Source: an uncultured Acidobacteriota bacterium (lineage in GTDB: Bacteria > Acidobacteriota > Vicinamibacteria > Vicinamibacterales > CAVVIG01). Taken from it: a stretch of 64,000 bases of DNA. The translations under genes were made by a program, and so were the position numbers. Position 1 is the first letter of the stretch. Every line of letters starts with the position of its first letter. This document shows, in pieces, positions 1-10,035 of the stretch. A model generated the notes under the pieces. That model saw only the letters and a list, made by a program, of their open reading frames with translations, was not told the DNA's origin and did no database searches. The stretch spans positions 74,239 to 138,238 of the forward strand of contig CAVSND010000030.1 in the NCBI GenBank assembly GCA_963729215.1. Direction: 5' to 3'.

Positions 1-1
1 G

Positions 2-577
2 GCCGGCTTCTGGCTCTGGTTCTCCTGCTGTCGGTCACTCGCCTCGCTGTCGGCGCAGCAGCCGGCAAGCGCGGTGCGAAAGCCGAAGACGGCGCCGGCG
101 GCCAGCCTGACTCCCACCGGTGTGCCGGCGCCGAACGCGGCCGATGCGGCAACCATCGCCGAGGTGCTGGCGTTCGAGAAGGACATGGAGGCGGCGGTCG
201 TGCGAGGAGACGTGAAGTTTCTGGAACGGGCACTCACCGCCGATTTCATCTTCACGCACGGCGACGGTTGGACGACGGGCGGGGCGCCGCTCAAAGTGGA
301 CACGAAAGCGAGCTGGCTGGCTTATGTCGCGAAGCAGCCTGCGCCCTACATCTACCGCGAGCTCGACCACGTGCAGGTTGAGCTCCACGGCAACGTGGCG
401 CTGACAATCGGGCGATACCTGTACCTGCCGCAGTCGAACCCACCGCAAACGGCGAAGGAACATCTCTACGTGTGGTTCGAACGCGTGTACGTCAAACAGA
501 ACGGCGAATGGAAACACGCTTCGCACAGGACGGTGAAGGGCCCGGTGCGGGAGGCGGACGAGCCGGCCGCGAACTAG
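2..577 (+). CDS. SnoaL-like / DUF4440 (NTF2-fold) protein, 5' end outside window
   Basis: The frame of ORF 74..577 stays open to the window edge. Upstream residues (AGFWLWFSCC..ASLSAQQ) look like a signal peptide. The body AEVLAFEKDMEAAVVRGDVKFLE..FIFTHGDG..WFERVYVKQNGEWK fits the DUF4440/SnoaL pattern. Confidence 0.6.
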   Translation, partial: AGFWLWFSCCRSLASLSAQQPASAVRKPKTAPAASLTPTGVPAPNAADAATIAEVLAFEKDMEAAVVRGDVKFLERALTADFIFTHGDGWTTGGAPLKVDTKASWLAYVAKQPAPYIYRELDHVQVELHGNVALTIGRYLYLPQSNPPQTAKEHLYVWFERVYVKQNGEWKHASHRTVKGPVREADEPAAN

Positions 578-605
578 CGACCAGCCGGCGCCAGACAGGT
601 GGCGG

Positions 606-1268
606 TTACTTCTCCGAAGGATTCTTCTTACCCTTCGACATCATCTCGATGGCTTTCGTCAGGCGTGCCGCACGGGTCTCGGTCCGCTTGGCTTCGATAA
701 TCCAGCCGACGTATTCGCGCCTGTGCGTAAACGAGAGGGTGTCGAACAGGGCGCGCGCCTTCGCGCTCCTGTCCAGCAGCTTCTGAAGGTCGGCGGGCGG
801 CGTGATGATGCGATTCTTCCGGTCGATGCAGACCGTGCCGTCGGCGTCGCGGATCAGTTCCTCCTGGCGTTGCTGGCGCGCCTGCGCCAGGCCCGGCCGC
901 TGCTTGAAGCACACCGCCGACCACACCTCGTCTACCGCGATTCTCGACACGGGCTGCCAGGCGGAGTCCGCAGACACCTCCCAGTCCCCACCCATGGCCG
1001 TGAGATCGGAGTCGATGCCGGAACCCTTCTTGGGATGCGAGATCCAGAGCGCGCCGTCAGCCTTCAACGCCTTCAGCGCTTTTGGCCATCGTTCCTTGAG
1101 CGCCTTCTTGCTGACGGCAAACAGCAGCACGAGATCGAGCGCACCCTTGAGCGACCCGACGCGGACGACGCCGGACGGCAGTTTCCCGATGGTCCGATCG
1201 AATCCCGGCGGCGCATTCACGACGGCCACCGACATCCCGGGCTTGACGTGGAGTTTCCTGGCCAGCAT
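606..1268 (-). CDS. DUF3052-like N-domain fused to YdeI/OmpD-associated C-domain protein
   Basis: 220-aa ORF. N-half is MLARKLHVKPGMSVAVVNAPPGF..DLVLLFA. C-half PADLQKLLDRSAKARALFDTLSFTHRREYVGWIIEAKRTETRAARL is typical of the YdeI family. Confidence 0.6.
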   Translation of the reverse strand: MLARKLHVKPGMSVAVVNAPPGFDRTIGKLPSGVVRVGSLKGALDLVLLFAVSKKALKERWPKALKALKADGALWISHPKKGSGIDSDLTAMGGDWEVSADSAWQPVSRIAVDEVWSAVCFKQRPGLAQARQQRQEELIRDADGTVCIDRKNRIITPPADLQKLLDRSAKARALFDTLSFTHRREYVGWIIEAKRTETRAARLTKAIEMMSKGKKNPSEK

Positions 1269-1286
1269 GGCTCTTGCCCTTGCGTG

Positions 1287-1838
1287 CTATCGATCGCGTT
1301 CGGCGTCGAGATGGCTCAAGGTGTACTGGCAGGGTCCGTATCCCTGCAACTCGGCGGCCTTGAGAACGGACGCCGCAGCGCGGGCCAGGGCGCTGTAAGC
1401 CGGCAGCCCGTCCGCGGCGTGCAGCTCTCTCGCGGCGTGGCTGAAGAGGGTCAGCGACGACACCAGTTTCAGCGCGTCCGTGGACGATCCCATCAGCGTG
1501 TTGATGGACGCGCCCCTCGACAGATGGTTCGCCACCTCGGTCGCGATCGCCAGCAGGCGTGAGCGAAGCGTGGGATGCCGCAGATACTCTTTGGCTTCCT
1601 CGAGGCCGTGAATGCCGTACGTGCGCGAGACGCTCGACGAACCAAGCCCCGCCAGCTGCGGACACACGTACCAAATCCAGTGGCCGGTCTTCGCCCCGGA
1701 CTGAATCTCCCGCAGCGCGGCGTCAAATCCCGAGGACGGCTGATCCTGCGCGTCCGTGAACCGCGCCAGCGCTGACGCGCCGGGACGGTCAGGGCGCTTT
1801 GCAGACAAAGTTCGCCGCGTCGTTGGTGCTGCCCGCAC
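1287..1838 (-). CDS. DUF1810 family protein
   Basis: Motifs LARFTDAQD..ALREIQSGAKTGHWIWYVCPQLAGLGSS..SRTYGI..EEAKEYLRHP. The ATG at 1838 overlaps the upstream gene by 50 nt, so the true start may be internal (about 1769). Confidence 0.65.
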   Translation of the reverse strand: MRAAPTTRRTLSAKRPDRPGASALARFTDAQDQPSSGFDAALREIQSGAKTGHWIWYVCPQLAGLGSSSVSRTYGIHGLEEAKEYLRHPTLRSRLLAIATEVANHLSRGASINTLMGSSTDALKLVSSLTLFSHAARELHAADGLPAYSALARAAASVLKAAELQGYGPCQYTLSHLDAERDR

Positions 1839-3307
1839 CCTTGTACTGGGCGACCGCGGGATACGGACAGAGCGGACGGACGATGTCCACGCGATTGTTC
1901 GTCACGTGATAGGCGGTCATCGTGTCCGGCGCGATGTTGCCCTCGCGCCAGCGTTCCATGATCGCCATGTAGTTGACCTGATTGGGTCCTGGACCACCGC
2001 CGCAGTGCTGCATGCCGGGCGCCATGAACAGCCGGACGAACTGATCCTGCTTGCCGCCCATCTTCCTGACCACGCTCTCGTAGTAGTTGATGCTGTTGCC
2101 CGGTGAAATGGCGGTGTCATCCCAGCCGTGGTACATCAGGAGCTTGCCGCCGTGGGCCTTGAACGCGGACAGATCCGGGTTGACGGCGTTGATGACGCTC
2201 CCGACCTTCTCATCCACGATCTTCAGGTCGCGGTCGAGGTCGAAGGTTTTCGCGTCCCAGTTCGCGTCGTTGTAGGCCACTTGAAACGATCCGACCGAGA
2301 CGCCGGGCGCGAGTTGGCCGGCGAGCACGCCCCAGCCGGTTTCACTGCCAGGCTCCTTGCCTGGAAATACCGCTTCCCCGCTCTTCGTCTTCGTCGTCGC
2401 GTAGGCTCGCTTCACCGATTCGAGCTGCGGCGCCGTCAGACAGCTGTCCGAGTCGGATTCCTTGCACAGGAGCGTTGACGGATCGAAGGAGCAGGCGCGC
2501 GGGTTGTTGATGAGGCCATCCTTCACGCCGTCTTTCGCGTCGCACGCGTCGATGGCGGCCTTGTTGAGCATCGCGAGCTTGGCGGCCGGCACGGCGGCGG
2601 CCGGATCCTTGAGCGCCGGCACGGCGACGCTGAGATCCCACGCGTGCAGATGCGTCTGGAAGTTGGCCGGCGCACCGGCCACGATCGCATCGAAATCCTC
2701 GGGGTATTTCTGCGCTTCCATCAGGCCCTGCCGTCCTCCCGTCGAGCAGCCGTTCCAGTACGACAGGCGCGGCGCCCGATCGTAGAACCTGGTGATCAGC
2801 GTCTTGCTGACGACGGTTGTCTCGTGCACGGCGCGGTACGCGAAGTCCACGACCTTTTCAGGATGGCCAATGGCGAACAGCGCGTTGCCGCCCTTGTGCC
2901 CGGTGTCGGTCGACGCCGTCGCATACCCTTCCTGCACGGCCGTCACCATCGCCGGAAAGCTGATGATGCCGGCCCAGCCGCCCCCGCCGACGAACTGAAA
3001 CTTGCCGTTCCAATTCTCCGGCAGCCACGCCTCCATCTCGATCTCCGAGTCGGACGACGGCCGCAGGATCGCGTTGACCCGGCAGTGCGCGGGCACGATC
3101 TGCGGCGGTGCTGCCGGTCCGCCCCGCCCGCCCTGGGCACGGACCACGTCCGGCCGGCGCGCCCGCGGGAGCCGGCGGCGTGAACGGGCCAGCCGCCACC
3201 ATTCCGGCCGCGACGATCGTCACGTTCGGCAGGGAGAGCGATTTCAGGCTTTCACACGTCGCCGGAGACGAAGCCAGGGTGGCGGAGAGCGCAAGTGCCA
3301 GAATCAT
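1789..3307 (-). pseudogene. tannase/feruloyl esterase family hydrolase, frame broken once near 3140-3165
   Basis: Signal peptide plus CESLKSLSLPNVTIVAAGMVAAGPFTPP lies in the frame of ORF 2858..3307. The rest (PAHCRVNAILRPSSDSEIEMEAWLPENWNGKFQFVGGGGWAG..NGCSTGGRQG) lies in ORF 1789..3147. The shift equals one extra nt. Confidence 0.75.
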
Positions 3308-3341
3308 CTTCAGCCCCCAATCCTAGTCATGAAATGCTTTT

Positions 3342-3413
3342 CACGAAGACACGAAGATCACGAAGTTACCTGGAACCGCCCCCGCAGACTTCGTGACTTC
3401 GTGATGTCACGTG
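3342..3413. repeat. palindrome built from CACGAAGA(T) tandem units (3 units, 21-nt loop, about 2.5 inverted units)
   Basis: CACGAAGA CACGAAGAT CACGAAGT ..loop.. ACTTCGTG ACTTCGTGATG TCACGTG. It sits between the Vgb-like stop (3417) and the tannase start (3307). The same unit occurs at 44669..44735. Confidence 0.8.
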
Positions 3414-3416
3414 CGA

Positions 3417-4463
3417 TCATTGAGTGAACCTGAGAAACGCGAGCTTGTTGCCGGCCGTAAACCAGAGCTTGTCGATCAATCGGTCCGCCGGACGACGATC
3501 GCTGCCTGCCGTCAGGCCCGTGGGACCTCCCGCCGGTGCCGGCAGGGGGAACTCGGTGATGACACCGTCCGGCGTGACACGGCCAAGCCTGCCGCCTTTC
3601 GTGTACCACACGTTGCGATCGGGGCCCACCGCGATATTGATCGGCGATCCGCCCTGGCTGGGAATCGGAAACTCGGTGATCTTGCCGTCAAGCGTGATGC
3701 GCGCCACGCGATTGCCGTCCACCACGCGGTCGTCCATGCGGCCGTTCAGTTCCACGAACCACATGTGGCCGTCGGCACCGGCGGTGATGTCACCCGGGCC
3801 GCTGTTGGGACGAGGCAGATCGAATTCCGTCACGTGCCCGTCAAGCGTCATGCGGCCGATCTTGCTCGCATGAAATTCCGAAAACCAGATATTGCCATCC
3901 GGTCCGGCTGCGAGCGCGCGCGGGCCGCTGTTGGGTGTCGGGATCGCAAACTCGGTAATCTCGCCGCGGGGCGTGACGCGGCCGATCTTGCCGGCGGCGA
4001 ACTCGCCAAACCAGACGTTGCCGTCGCGGCCCAGGGCCGTGGCGCGCGGCTGGCTGTCCGGTGTCGGAATGTCGAACTCCGTGATGACCCCGGCGGGCGT
4101 GATACGGCCCATCCGATTGCCAAGGTGCTCCGAGAACCAGAAGTTGCCGTCTGACCCGGCCGTAATGATTCGCGGCGCGCTCCCGGGATGCGGCAGCGGA
4201 TACTCGACAAGCCCCGATCCGTCCTGCGCCATGCGGCCGATCCGGTTGCCTGCGCTTTCGGTGAACCACAGCGTGCCGTCCGGCGCGATGGAAATCGTCG
4301 TGGGGCCGCTGCCCGGGTTCGGCAGCGAAAATTCCGTGAACGTCCCGGTCGCCGCCGGCGGATCAACCGCGACAGCCACGAGCTCCACCATGGAGACTAT
4401 CGTCAAGCAGAACAATGCGTTACGGACGATGGCGACGACTGGATCGGACGGGCTGACACGCAT
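3417..4463 (-). CDS. virginiamycin B lyase (Vgb)-like beta-propeller repeat protein with N-terminal anchor/signal
   Basis: Seven repeats of the form TEF.LP.P.SGP..I..G.DG..WF.E....IGR.T..G, characteristic of the Vgb/streptogramin lyase fold. Confidence 0.7.
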   Translation of the reverse strand: MRVSPSDPVVAIVRNALFCLTIVSMVELVAVAVDPPAATGTFTEFSLPNPGSGPTTISIAPDGTLWFTESAGNRIGRMAQDGSGLVEYPLPHPGSAPRIITAGSDGNFWFSEHLGNRMGRITPAGVITEFDIPTPDSQPRATALGRDGNVWFGEFAAGKIGRVTPRGEITEFAIPTPNSGPRALAAGPDGNIWFSEFHASKIGRMTLDGHVTEFDLPRPNSGPGDITAGADGHMWFVELNGRMDDRVVDGNRVARITLDGKITEFPIPSQGGSPINIAVGPDRNVWYTKGGRLGRVTPDGVITEFPLPAPAGGPTGLTAGSDRRPADRLIDKLWFTAGNKLAFLRFTQ

Positions 4464-4470
4464 TCAGACG

Positions 4471-4479
4471 TGCTAGAAT
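4471..4479 (+). promoter_or_regulatory. extended -10-like box TGCTAGAAT upstream of the DUF1592 gene
   Basis: TGnTAGAAT is followed 15 nt later by GTG 4495. This makes the TTG at 4480 an unlikely start. Confidence 0.35.
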
Positions 4480-7039
4480 TTGCCCAGCACGAGGGTGAAA
4501 GTCAAGCTGCGTCGGGTGTCGTCGTTCGCGGGCCTCACGTTGGCACTCTGGCTGGGCATCCTCTGGGTTGCCCTGTCGGCCGTGTCAGCGGTATCGGGTT
4601 CGAGTCCTGTACGCGCCGCTCGCGGCGTCCCGGCTCCCCAGGCACCGGTTCCCTCCCACGCGGCGGCTGCTCAGGATATTCCGGCGGACGCCGTCGCCCA
4701 GCGTGCGCTGCTCGACAAATACTGCGTCACCTGTCACAACCCCCGAACGAAATCGGGCGGCCTGGTTCTGGCCAAGGACGCGATTGACGTGGCGCAGCCC
4801 CCGGAACACGCTGAAGTCTGGGAAAAGGTCATCCGGAAGCTGCACGGACGGATGATGCCGCCCCAGGGCATGCCGCGCCCGGACGAGGCGACGCTCGACA
4901 CCTTCGCGACGTCGCTTGAACGGTCCATCGATCGCGTCGCGCTCACCAGGCCCAACCCTGGCCGCTCTCCGCTCCACCGGCTGAACCGTTCCGAATATGC
5001 CGCCGCCGTACGCGACGTGCTCGCGCTCGACGTGGACGCGACGGCGCTCCTGCCGGCCGATGACGAGGCAAACGGGTTCGACAACATCGCCGATGTCCTG
5101 AAGGTCTCGCCGTCGCTGCTCGAGCAATATCTGACCGCCGCGCGCAGGATCAGCGCGCTTGCCGTCGGCGATCCAGGGACGACGCTGGTCGGCACGGTCT
5201 ACCGCGTGCCGCCCGATCGCGCGCAGGAAGATCACATCGAGGGCCTGCCGCTCGGGACACGAGGCGGCATCCTTGTGCGGCACAACTTCCCGCTCGACGC
5301 CACCTACGAATTCAACGTGGTCCTCCTGCAGAACATCGTCGGCTACGTCCCCGGCCTCGAGTGGCCGCACGAGCTGGAGATCAGCATCGACGGCGCACGC
5401 GTCTTCCTGGCCCCCGTCGGCGGCGCCGAAGACAACAAGCTGTCGGACACGAACCTCGCGCAGACGAAGGAGACGCTCGATCGCCGGCTTCGAACGCGTG
5501 TGCCGGTAACCGCCGGGCCACATGCCGTGGGCGTCACGTTTCTCCGGCGGAACTCGGCAGAGTCCGACGAACCGCTGCAGCCGTTCACGCGCAATCTCGA
5601 TCTGCAGGACATGAACGGGTTCCCGACGATCAACTTCGTGCAGATCACCGGGCCCTTCGCCGCAACCGGACCCGGCGACACGCCGAGCCGCCGGAAGATT
5701 TTCGTCTGCCGACCGCCCGACGAACGCGCCGCGGCCGCGCGGACCGGTGGAGACGAGGGGTCCGCGTGCGCGAAGCAAATCCTCTCGACGCTCGCGCGCC
5801 GCGCGTACCGACGGCCTCCGACCGACGCCGAGATCGACAGCCTGCTGGCGTTCTACAACACGGGCCGCCGCCGCGGCTCGTTCGACACCGGAATCCAGGA
5901 ATCGCTGACGCTCCTCCTCGCCAGTCCGACGTTTCTTTTCCGCGCCGAGCCGGATCCTCCGCAGGTTGCCGCGGGCACCATCTATCCGGTCTCGGATTTC
6001 GAGCTGGCGTCGCGCCTGTCGTTCTTCTTGTGGAGCACGATTCCCGACGACGAGCTGTTGAGCGTCGCGGCGCAGGGCAAGCTTCGGGATCCGGGCACGC
6101 TGGAGAAGCAGGTGCGGCGCATGCTCGCCGACCCGCGGTCGAAGGCTCTCGTCGACAACTTCGCCGCGCAGTGGCTGTTCCTGCGGAATCTCCAGAGCTT
6201 TGTCCCCGACAGCGACGAATTTCCCAACTGGGACGACAACCTGCGCCAGGCGATGCGAACGGAAACGAGCCTGTTCTTCGAGAGCATCATGCGCGAGGAC
6301 CGGAACGTCCTCGATCTGCTGACGGCTGATTACACGTTCGTCAACGAGAGGCTGGCACGGCATTACGGCATTCCGAAGGTGTACGGCAGCCAGTTTCGCC
6401 GGGTGACGATCACGGATGAGAACCGGCGCGGGCTGCTCGGGCAGGGTTCGGTGCTCGCCGTGACGTCCTATCCGAATCGGACGTCGCCCGTCCTGCGCGG
6501 CAAGTACATCCTCGAAAATATCCTCGGCACGCCGCCGCCGTCGCCTCCCGCCAACGTGCCGCCGCTCAAGGAAACGGGCGAAGACGGCCAGGCGCTGTCC
6601 CTGAAGGCGCTCATGGAGCAGCACCGATCGAACCCGGCGTGCGCGACCTGCCATCGCGTCATGGATCCGCTGGGCTTCTCGCTCGAGAATTTCGATGCCA
6701 CGGGCAGGTGGCGCCTGAAGGAAGCCGCCGGCGTCGTCGATGCCTCGGGGCAGCTCGCCGACGGCTCGCCGGTGGATGGTCCGGCCGCGCTGCGCAAGGC
6801 CATCTTGAAGCACCCCGAGCAGTTCGTGCGCACGATGACCGAGAAGATGCTGACGTACGCGCTCGGCCGCGGCCTCGAGTACCACGATCTGCCGACGGTC
6901 AGGTCGATCGCGCGTGATGCCGCCTCGCAGAACAACCGCTTCTCGTCACTCGGTACTGGGCATCGTCCGGAGCACGCCATTTCAAATGAAGCTAAAGGCG
7001 CCAGATTCCGTCGTAGCGGCCGGATTCAGCCGGCCGTGA
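4480..7039 (+). pseudogene. PSD1-like heme-binding protein (PSCyt CxxCH + DUF1587/1592/1595/1588/1585), frame broken at about 6952
   Basis: Motifs DKYCVTCHNPRTKSGGLVL, RLSFFLWSTIPDDELL, NFAAQWLFLRNL, TSPVLRGKYILENILGTPPPSPPANVP, ACATCHRVMDPLGFSLENFD. After RFSSL one extra G shifts the frame. The corrected tail VLGIVRSTPFQMKLKAPDSVVAAGFSRP* stops at 7037-7039. The listed ORF to 7344 is wrong-frame read-through. The start is more likely GTG 4495. Confidence 0.85.
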
Positions 7040-7064
7040 ACGTCCGCCTGAAGGCGGACGCTAC
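7013..7064. repeat. REP-like double-hairpin element (reverse orientation copy)
   Basis: GTAGCGGCCGGATTCAGCCGGCCG-TGAAC-GTCCGCCTGAAGGCGGACGCTAC. It overlaps the last codons and stop of the DUF1592 gene. Confidence 0.85.
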
Positions 7065-7076
7065 GAGAGCATTCTT

Positions 7077-8405
7077 ATGTTCATCACCAAAAAACACATC
7101 GCGCGGCGGACGTTCCTGCGGGGCGCGGGCGCGACGCTGGCGCTGCCGCTCCTCGACGCGATGGTGCCGGCCCGCACGCTGCTCGCGAAGACCGCCGCCA
7201 ATCCCACGGCACGCCTGGGATTCGTGTATCTGCCGCACGGCGCCATCATGGACAAATGGACGCCGGCGACCGAGGGCAAGGGCTTCGAGTTCACCCCGAT
7301 CCTCAAGCCGCTCGAGCCGTTCCGCGAGTACGTGGACGTCGTGAGCGGCCTCGGGCACCGGGCGGCCGACACGTCGGCGGTCCACTCGCTGAGCCCGACG
7401 ACGTGGCTGAGCGGCGTCCGGCCGAAGCCGACGCAGGGCGTGGATGCGTTTGCCGGGATTACGGCCGATCAGATCGCCGCGCTGAAAATCGGGCAGGAGA
7501 CGCCGCTCCCGTCGATTGAAATCGCCACGGAAGATCAGTCGGGCCTCATCGGATCGTGCGACCGCGACTACGGGTGCATCTACATGAACACGTTGTCGTG
7601 GCGGACGCCGACCACGCCAATGCCGATGGAGATCAACCCGCGCAAGGTGTTCGAGCGGATGTTCGGCCAGGGCGGCAGCCCCGCGGAACGCCAGGCGCGG
7701 ACGGAAAGCGACCGCAGCATCCTCGATGCGGTGACGCAGCAGATCAAGGATCTGCAGCGCAGCCTCGGCCGCAAGGACACGGTCACGGTGAACGACTATC
7801 TCGAAAGCGTCCGCGAGATCGAGCGGCGCCTTCAGGTGGCCGGGCACGAACAGCAGACCAGCCTCGATCTGCCCCCGGCGCCCGTCGGCATCCCGTTCAA
7901 CTTCGAAGAGCACATCACGCTGATGTACGACCTCATGGCGCTCGCCTACCAGGCGAACATCACCCGCGTCTTCACGTATATGGTGGCGCGCGAGGAGAGC
8001 AACAAGACGTACCCGCAGGTGGACGTCCACGAAGGACACCACGCGACGTCGCACCACCAGAACAGGCCGGAAAAAATCGAGAAGCTGGTCAGGATCCAGA
8101 CGTACCACATCGGCTTGTTCGCGGAGTTCCTCAAGAAGCTCAACTCGATTCAGGACGGCGACGGCACGCTGCTCGATCATTCGCTGATCCTCTACGGCAG
8201 CAACATGAGCAACAGCAACGTGCACAACCACTTTCCGCTGCCCAACCTTGTCGTCGGCCGCGCCGCCGGCAACCATCAGGGAGGCAGGCACCTGAAGTAT
8301 CCGGACCACACCCCCATGACGAACCTCGTGTTGTCGATGCTGGACAAGGTCGGCGTACCGATGGATACGCTGGGCGACAGCACCGGACCGCTCGAAAACG
8401 CCTGA
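7077..8405 (+). CDS. DUF1552 domain protein with twin-arginine signal
   Basis: MFITKKHIARRTFLRGAGATLALPLLDAM is a Tat-type N-terminus. It is the usual downstream partner of DUF1592 proteins. The ORF is intact at 442 aa. Confidence 0.85.
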   Translation: MFITKKHIARRTFLRGAGATLALPLLDAMVPARTLLAKTAANPTARLGFVYLPHGAIMDKWTPATEGKGFEFTPILKPLEPFREYVDVVSGLGHRAADTSAVHSLSPTTWLSGVRPKPTQGVDAFAGITADQIAALKIGQETPLPSIEIATEDQSGLIGSCDRDYGCIYMNTLSWRTPTTPMPMEINPRKVFERMFGQGGSPAERQARTESDRSILDAVTQQIKDLQRSLGRKDTVTVNDYLESVREIERRLQVAGHEQQTSLDLPPAPVGIPFNFEEHITLMYDLMALAYQANITRVFTYMVAREESNKTYPQVDVHEGHHATSHHQNRPEKIEKLVRIQTYHIGLFAEFLKKLNSIQDGDGTLLDHSLILYGSNMSNSNVHNHFPLPNLVVGRAAGNHQGGRHLKYPDHTPMTNLVLSMLDKVGVPMDTLGDSTGPLENA

Positions 8406-8406
8406 C

Positions 8407-10008
8407 ATGCGCGCGAAGTGGCTGCTCCACGCGGGGTTCGCACTTGCATTGGCGGTGCGTAGCGTCTGCCTTCAGGCAGACGGACAGGACGTCCGGCTGA
8501 AGCCGGACGCTACGGGTGTTCGTCTGGTGGAGGCCGTAAAAGCTGGCGACAAGGCCGCCATCACGACGCTGCTGAAGCAGAAGTCCGGCATCAATACGCC
8601 CGAACCGGACGGCACGACCGCGCTGCACTGGGCTGTTCGCCAGGACGATCTGGAGCTGACCGATCGCCTGCTGCGCGCCGGCGCTGACGTCAAGGCGGCG
8701 AATCGGTACGGGATCACACCGCTCTATCTGGCCAGCCTCAACGGCAACGCCGCCGTCATCGACAAACTGATCAAAGCCGGCGCAGACGCGAACGCCGCCG
8801 TGACTGAAGGCGAGACGGCGCTGATGACCGCTGCCCGCTCCGGCCACGTCGAGGCCGCCAGGGCACTGATCGCGCACGGGGCCGTGGTCGATGCCCGCGA
8901 GCAGTGGCGCGGCCAGACGGCGCTCATGTGGGCCGCGGCCGAGGGCCACGCGGACATGATCAAGGAGCTCGCCGCCCGCGGCGCAGACGTCAACGCGCGG
9001 TCAACCACGCAGCAGTGGGAACGCCAGGTGACCGCCGAGCCTCGCGAAAAATGGCTGCCGCCGGGCGGACTCACGCCGATGCTCTTCGCGAGCCGACAGG
9101 GATGCGTCGAGTGCGTGCGGGTGCTCGCTTCACTCGGCGCCGACGTGAACGCCACCGACCAGGACGGCATCAGCCCGATGATCTCGGCGATCATCAACGG
9201 GCATTTCGATGTCGCGGGCGCACTGCTCGAAAAGAACGCCGACCCCAACATTGCTGATGCGACGGGCCGGACGCCGCTGTATTCGGCCGTGGACCTGAAC
9301 ACCGTGCCCGACTCGAACCGTCCGGCGCCCCACGTCGTCGACAACCAGATGAGCGCGATGGAGCTGATCGCGTCCCTTCTCGACCACGGCGCGAACCCAA
9401 ACGCGCGGCTGAAGAAACAACAGCCGTACCGGACGAAGGTCGACCGCGGCAGCGACAGCATGCTCGGCGCCGGGACGACCCCGTTCCTGCGGGCGGCCAG
9501 GGCCGGCGACGCGCCGGCCATGCGACTCCTGCTCAAACGGGGCGCGGATCCGAAGATCGCCACGGGCTCTGACGTCCCGGTTGACGTCAGCCAGCCCGCG
9601 CGGCGCGCGCCCGGGGGCATCAACGCCCTGATGGCGGCGGCCGGACTGGGCTCGAAGGAAGAGGATACGGTCGGCCGCAGGAAGACCGAACGTCAGTCGA
9701 TCGAAGCGATCCAGGTATGCCTCGAAGCCGGCGTAGACATCAACGCCGTGGACGGCCGGGGTCAGACCGCCTTGTACGGCGCGGCGCTGCAGGGTTACGA
9801 CGAGGTCGTGAAATTTCTCCTCGCGCACGGCGCGAAACTCGACATCAAGGATCAGCGCGGTTTCACCGCGCTTGACGCCGCCGAAGGAAAGGCCGGCGGG
9901 TTCGGCTTCGGCGGCGGCTCCGCCAATCCGCACCCGGCCACCGCGAAGATCCTCCGGGACTCGATGAGCCCGCCCGCAACTCCGACGTCAACTCAGCAGG
10001 TCCGATAG
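8407..10008 (+). CDS. ankyrin-repeat protein, probably secreted
   Basis: Many G.TALH.A...G...V..LL..GADVNA-type repeats. The N-terminus MRAKWLLHAGFALALAV is signal-like. The start lies 2 nt after the DUF1552 stop. A REP copy lies inside codons 18-36. Confidence 0.85.
   Translation: MRAKWLLHAGFALALAVRSVCLQADGQDVRLKPDATGVRLVEAVKAGDKAAITTLLKQKSGINTPEPDGTTALHWAVRQDDLELTDRLLRAGADVKAANRYGITPLYLASLNGNAAVIDKLIKAGADANAAVTEGETALMTAARSGHVEAARALIAHGAVVDAREQWRGQTALMWAAAEGHADMIKELAARGADVNARSTTQQWERQVTAEPREKWLPPGGLTPMLFASRQGCVECVRVLASLGADVNATDQDGISPMISAIINGHFDVAGALLEKNADPNIADATGRTPLYSAVDLNTVPDSNRPAPHVVDNQMSAMELIASLLDHGANPNARLKKQQPYRTKVDRGSDSMLGAGTTPFLRAARAGDAPAMRLLLKRGADPKIATGSDVPVDVSQPARRAPGGINALMAAAGLGSKEEDTVGRRKTERQSIEAIQVCLEAGVDINAVDGRGQTALYGAALQGYDEVVKFLLAHGAKLDIKDQRGFTALDAAEGKAGGFGFGGGSANPHPATAKILRDSMSPPATPTSTQQVR
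8459..8513. repeat. REP-like double-hairpin element with compensatory stem changes
   Basis: GTAGCGTCTGCCTTCAGGCAGACG-GACAGGAC-GTCCGGCTGAAGCCGGACGCTAC. Both stems differ from the consensus by paired substitutions. Confidence 0.85.
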
Positions 10009-10035
10009 CGCACGGCTCTTCTGGATTTTCCACAC

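Noticed and set aside
4585-6885. 766-aa ORF antisense to the DUF1592 gene. Similar long antisense or alternate-frame ORFs occur at 7026..8408, 21398..23413, 34240..35784, 40475..42190, 55853..57127 and 58889..60691.
   Set aside because: These are high-GC shadow ORFs. They have Arg/Ala/Gly/Pro-dominated low-complexity translations and no recognisable motifs. Each fully overlaps a well-supported gene on the other strand.
4480-7344. 954-aa ORF suggesting a fusion of the DUF1592 protein with downstream sequence.
   Set aside because: After residue RFSSL the translation loses all family similarity and reads across the DUF1552 start in the wrong frame. A 1-nt correction restores the conserved tail and a stop at 7037.
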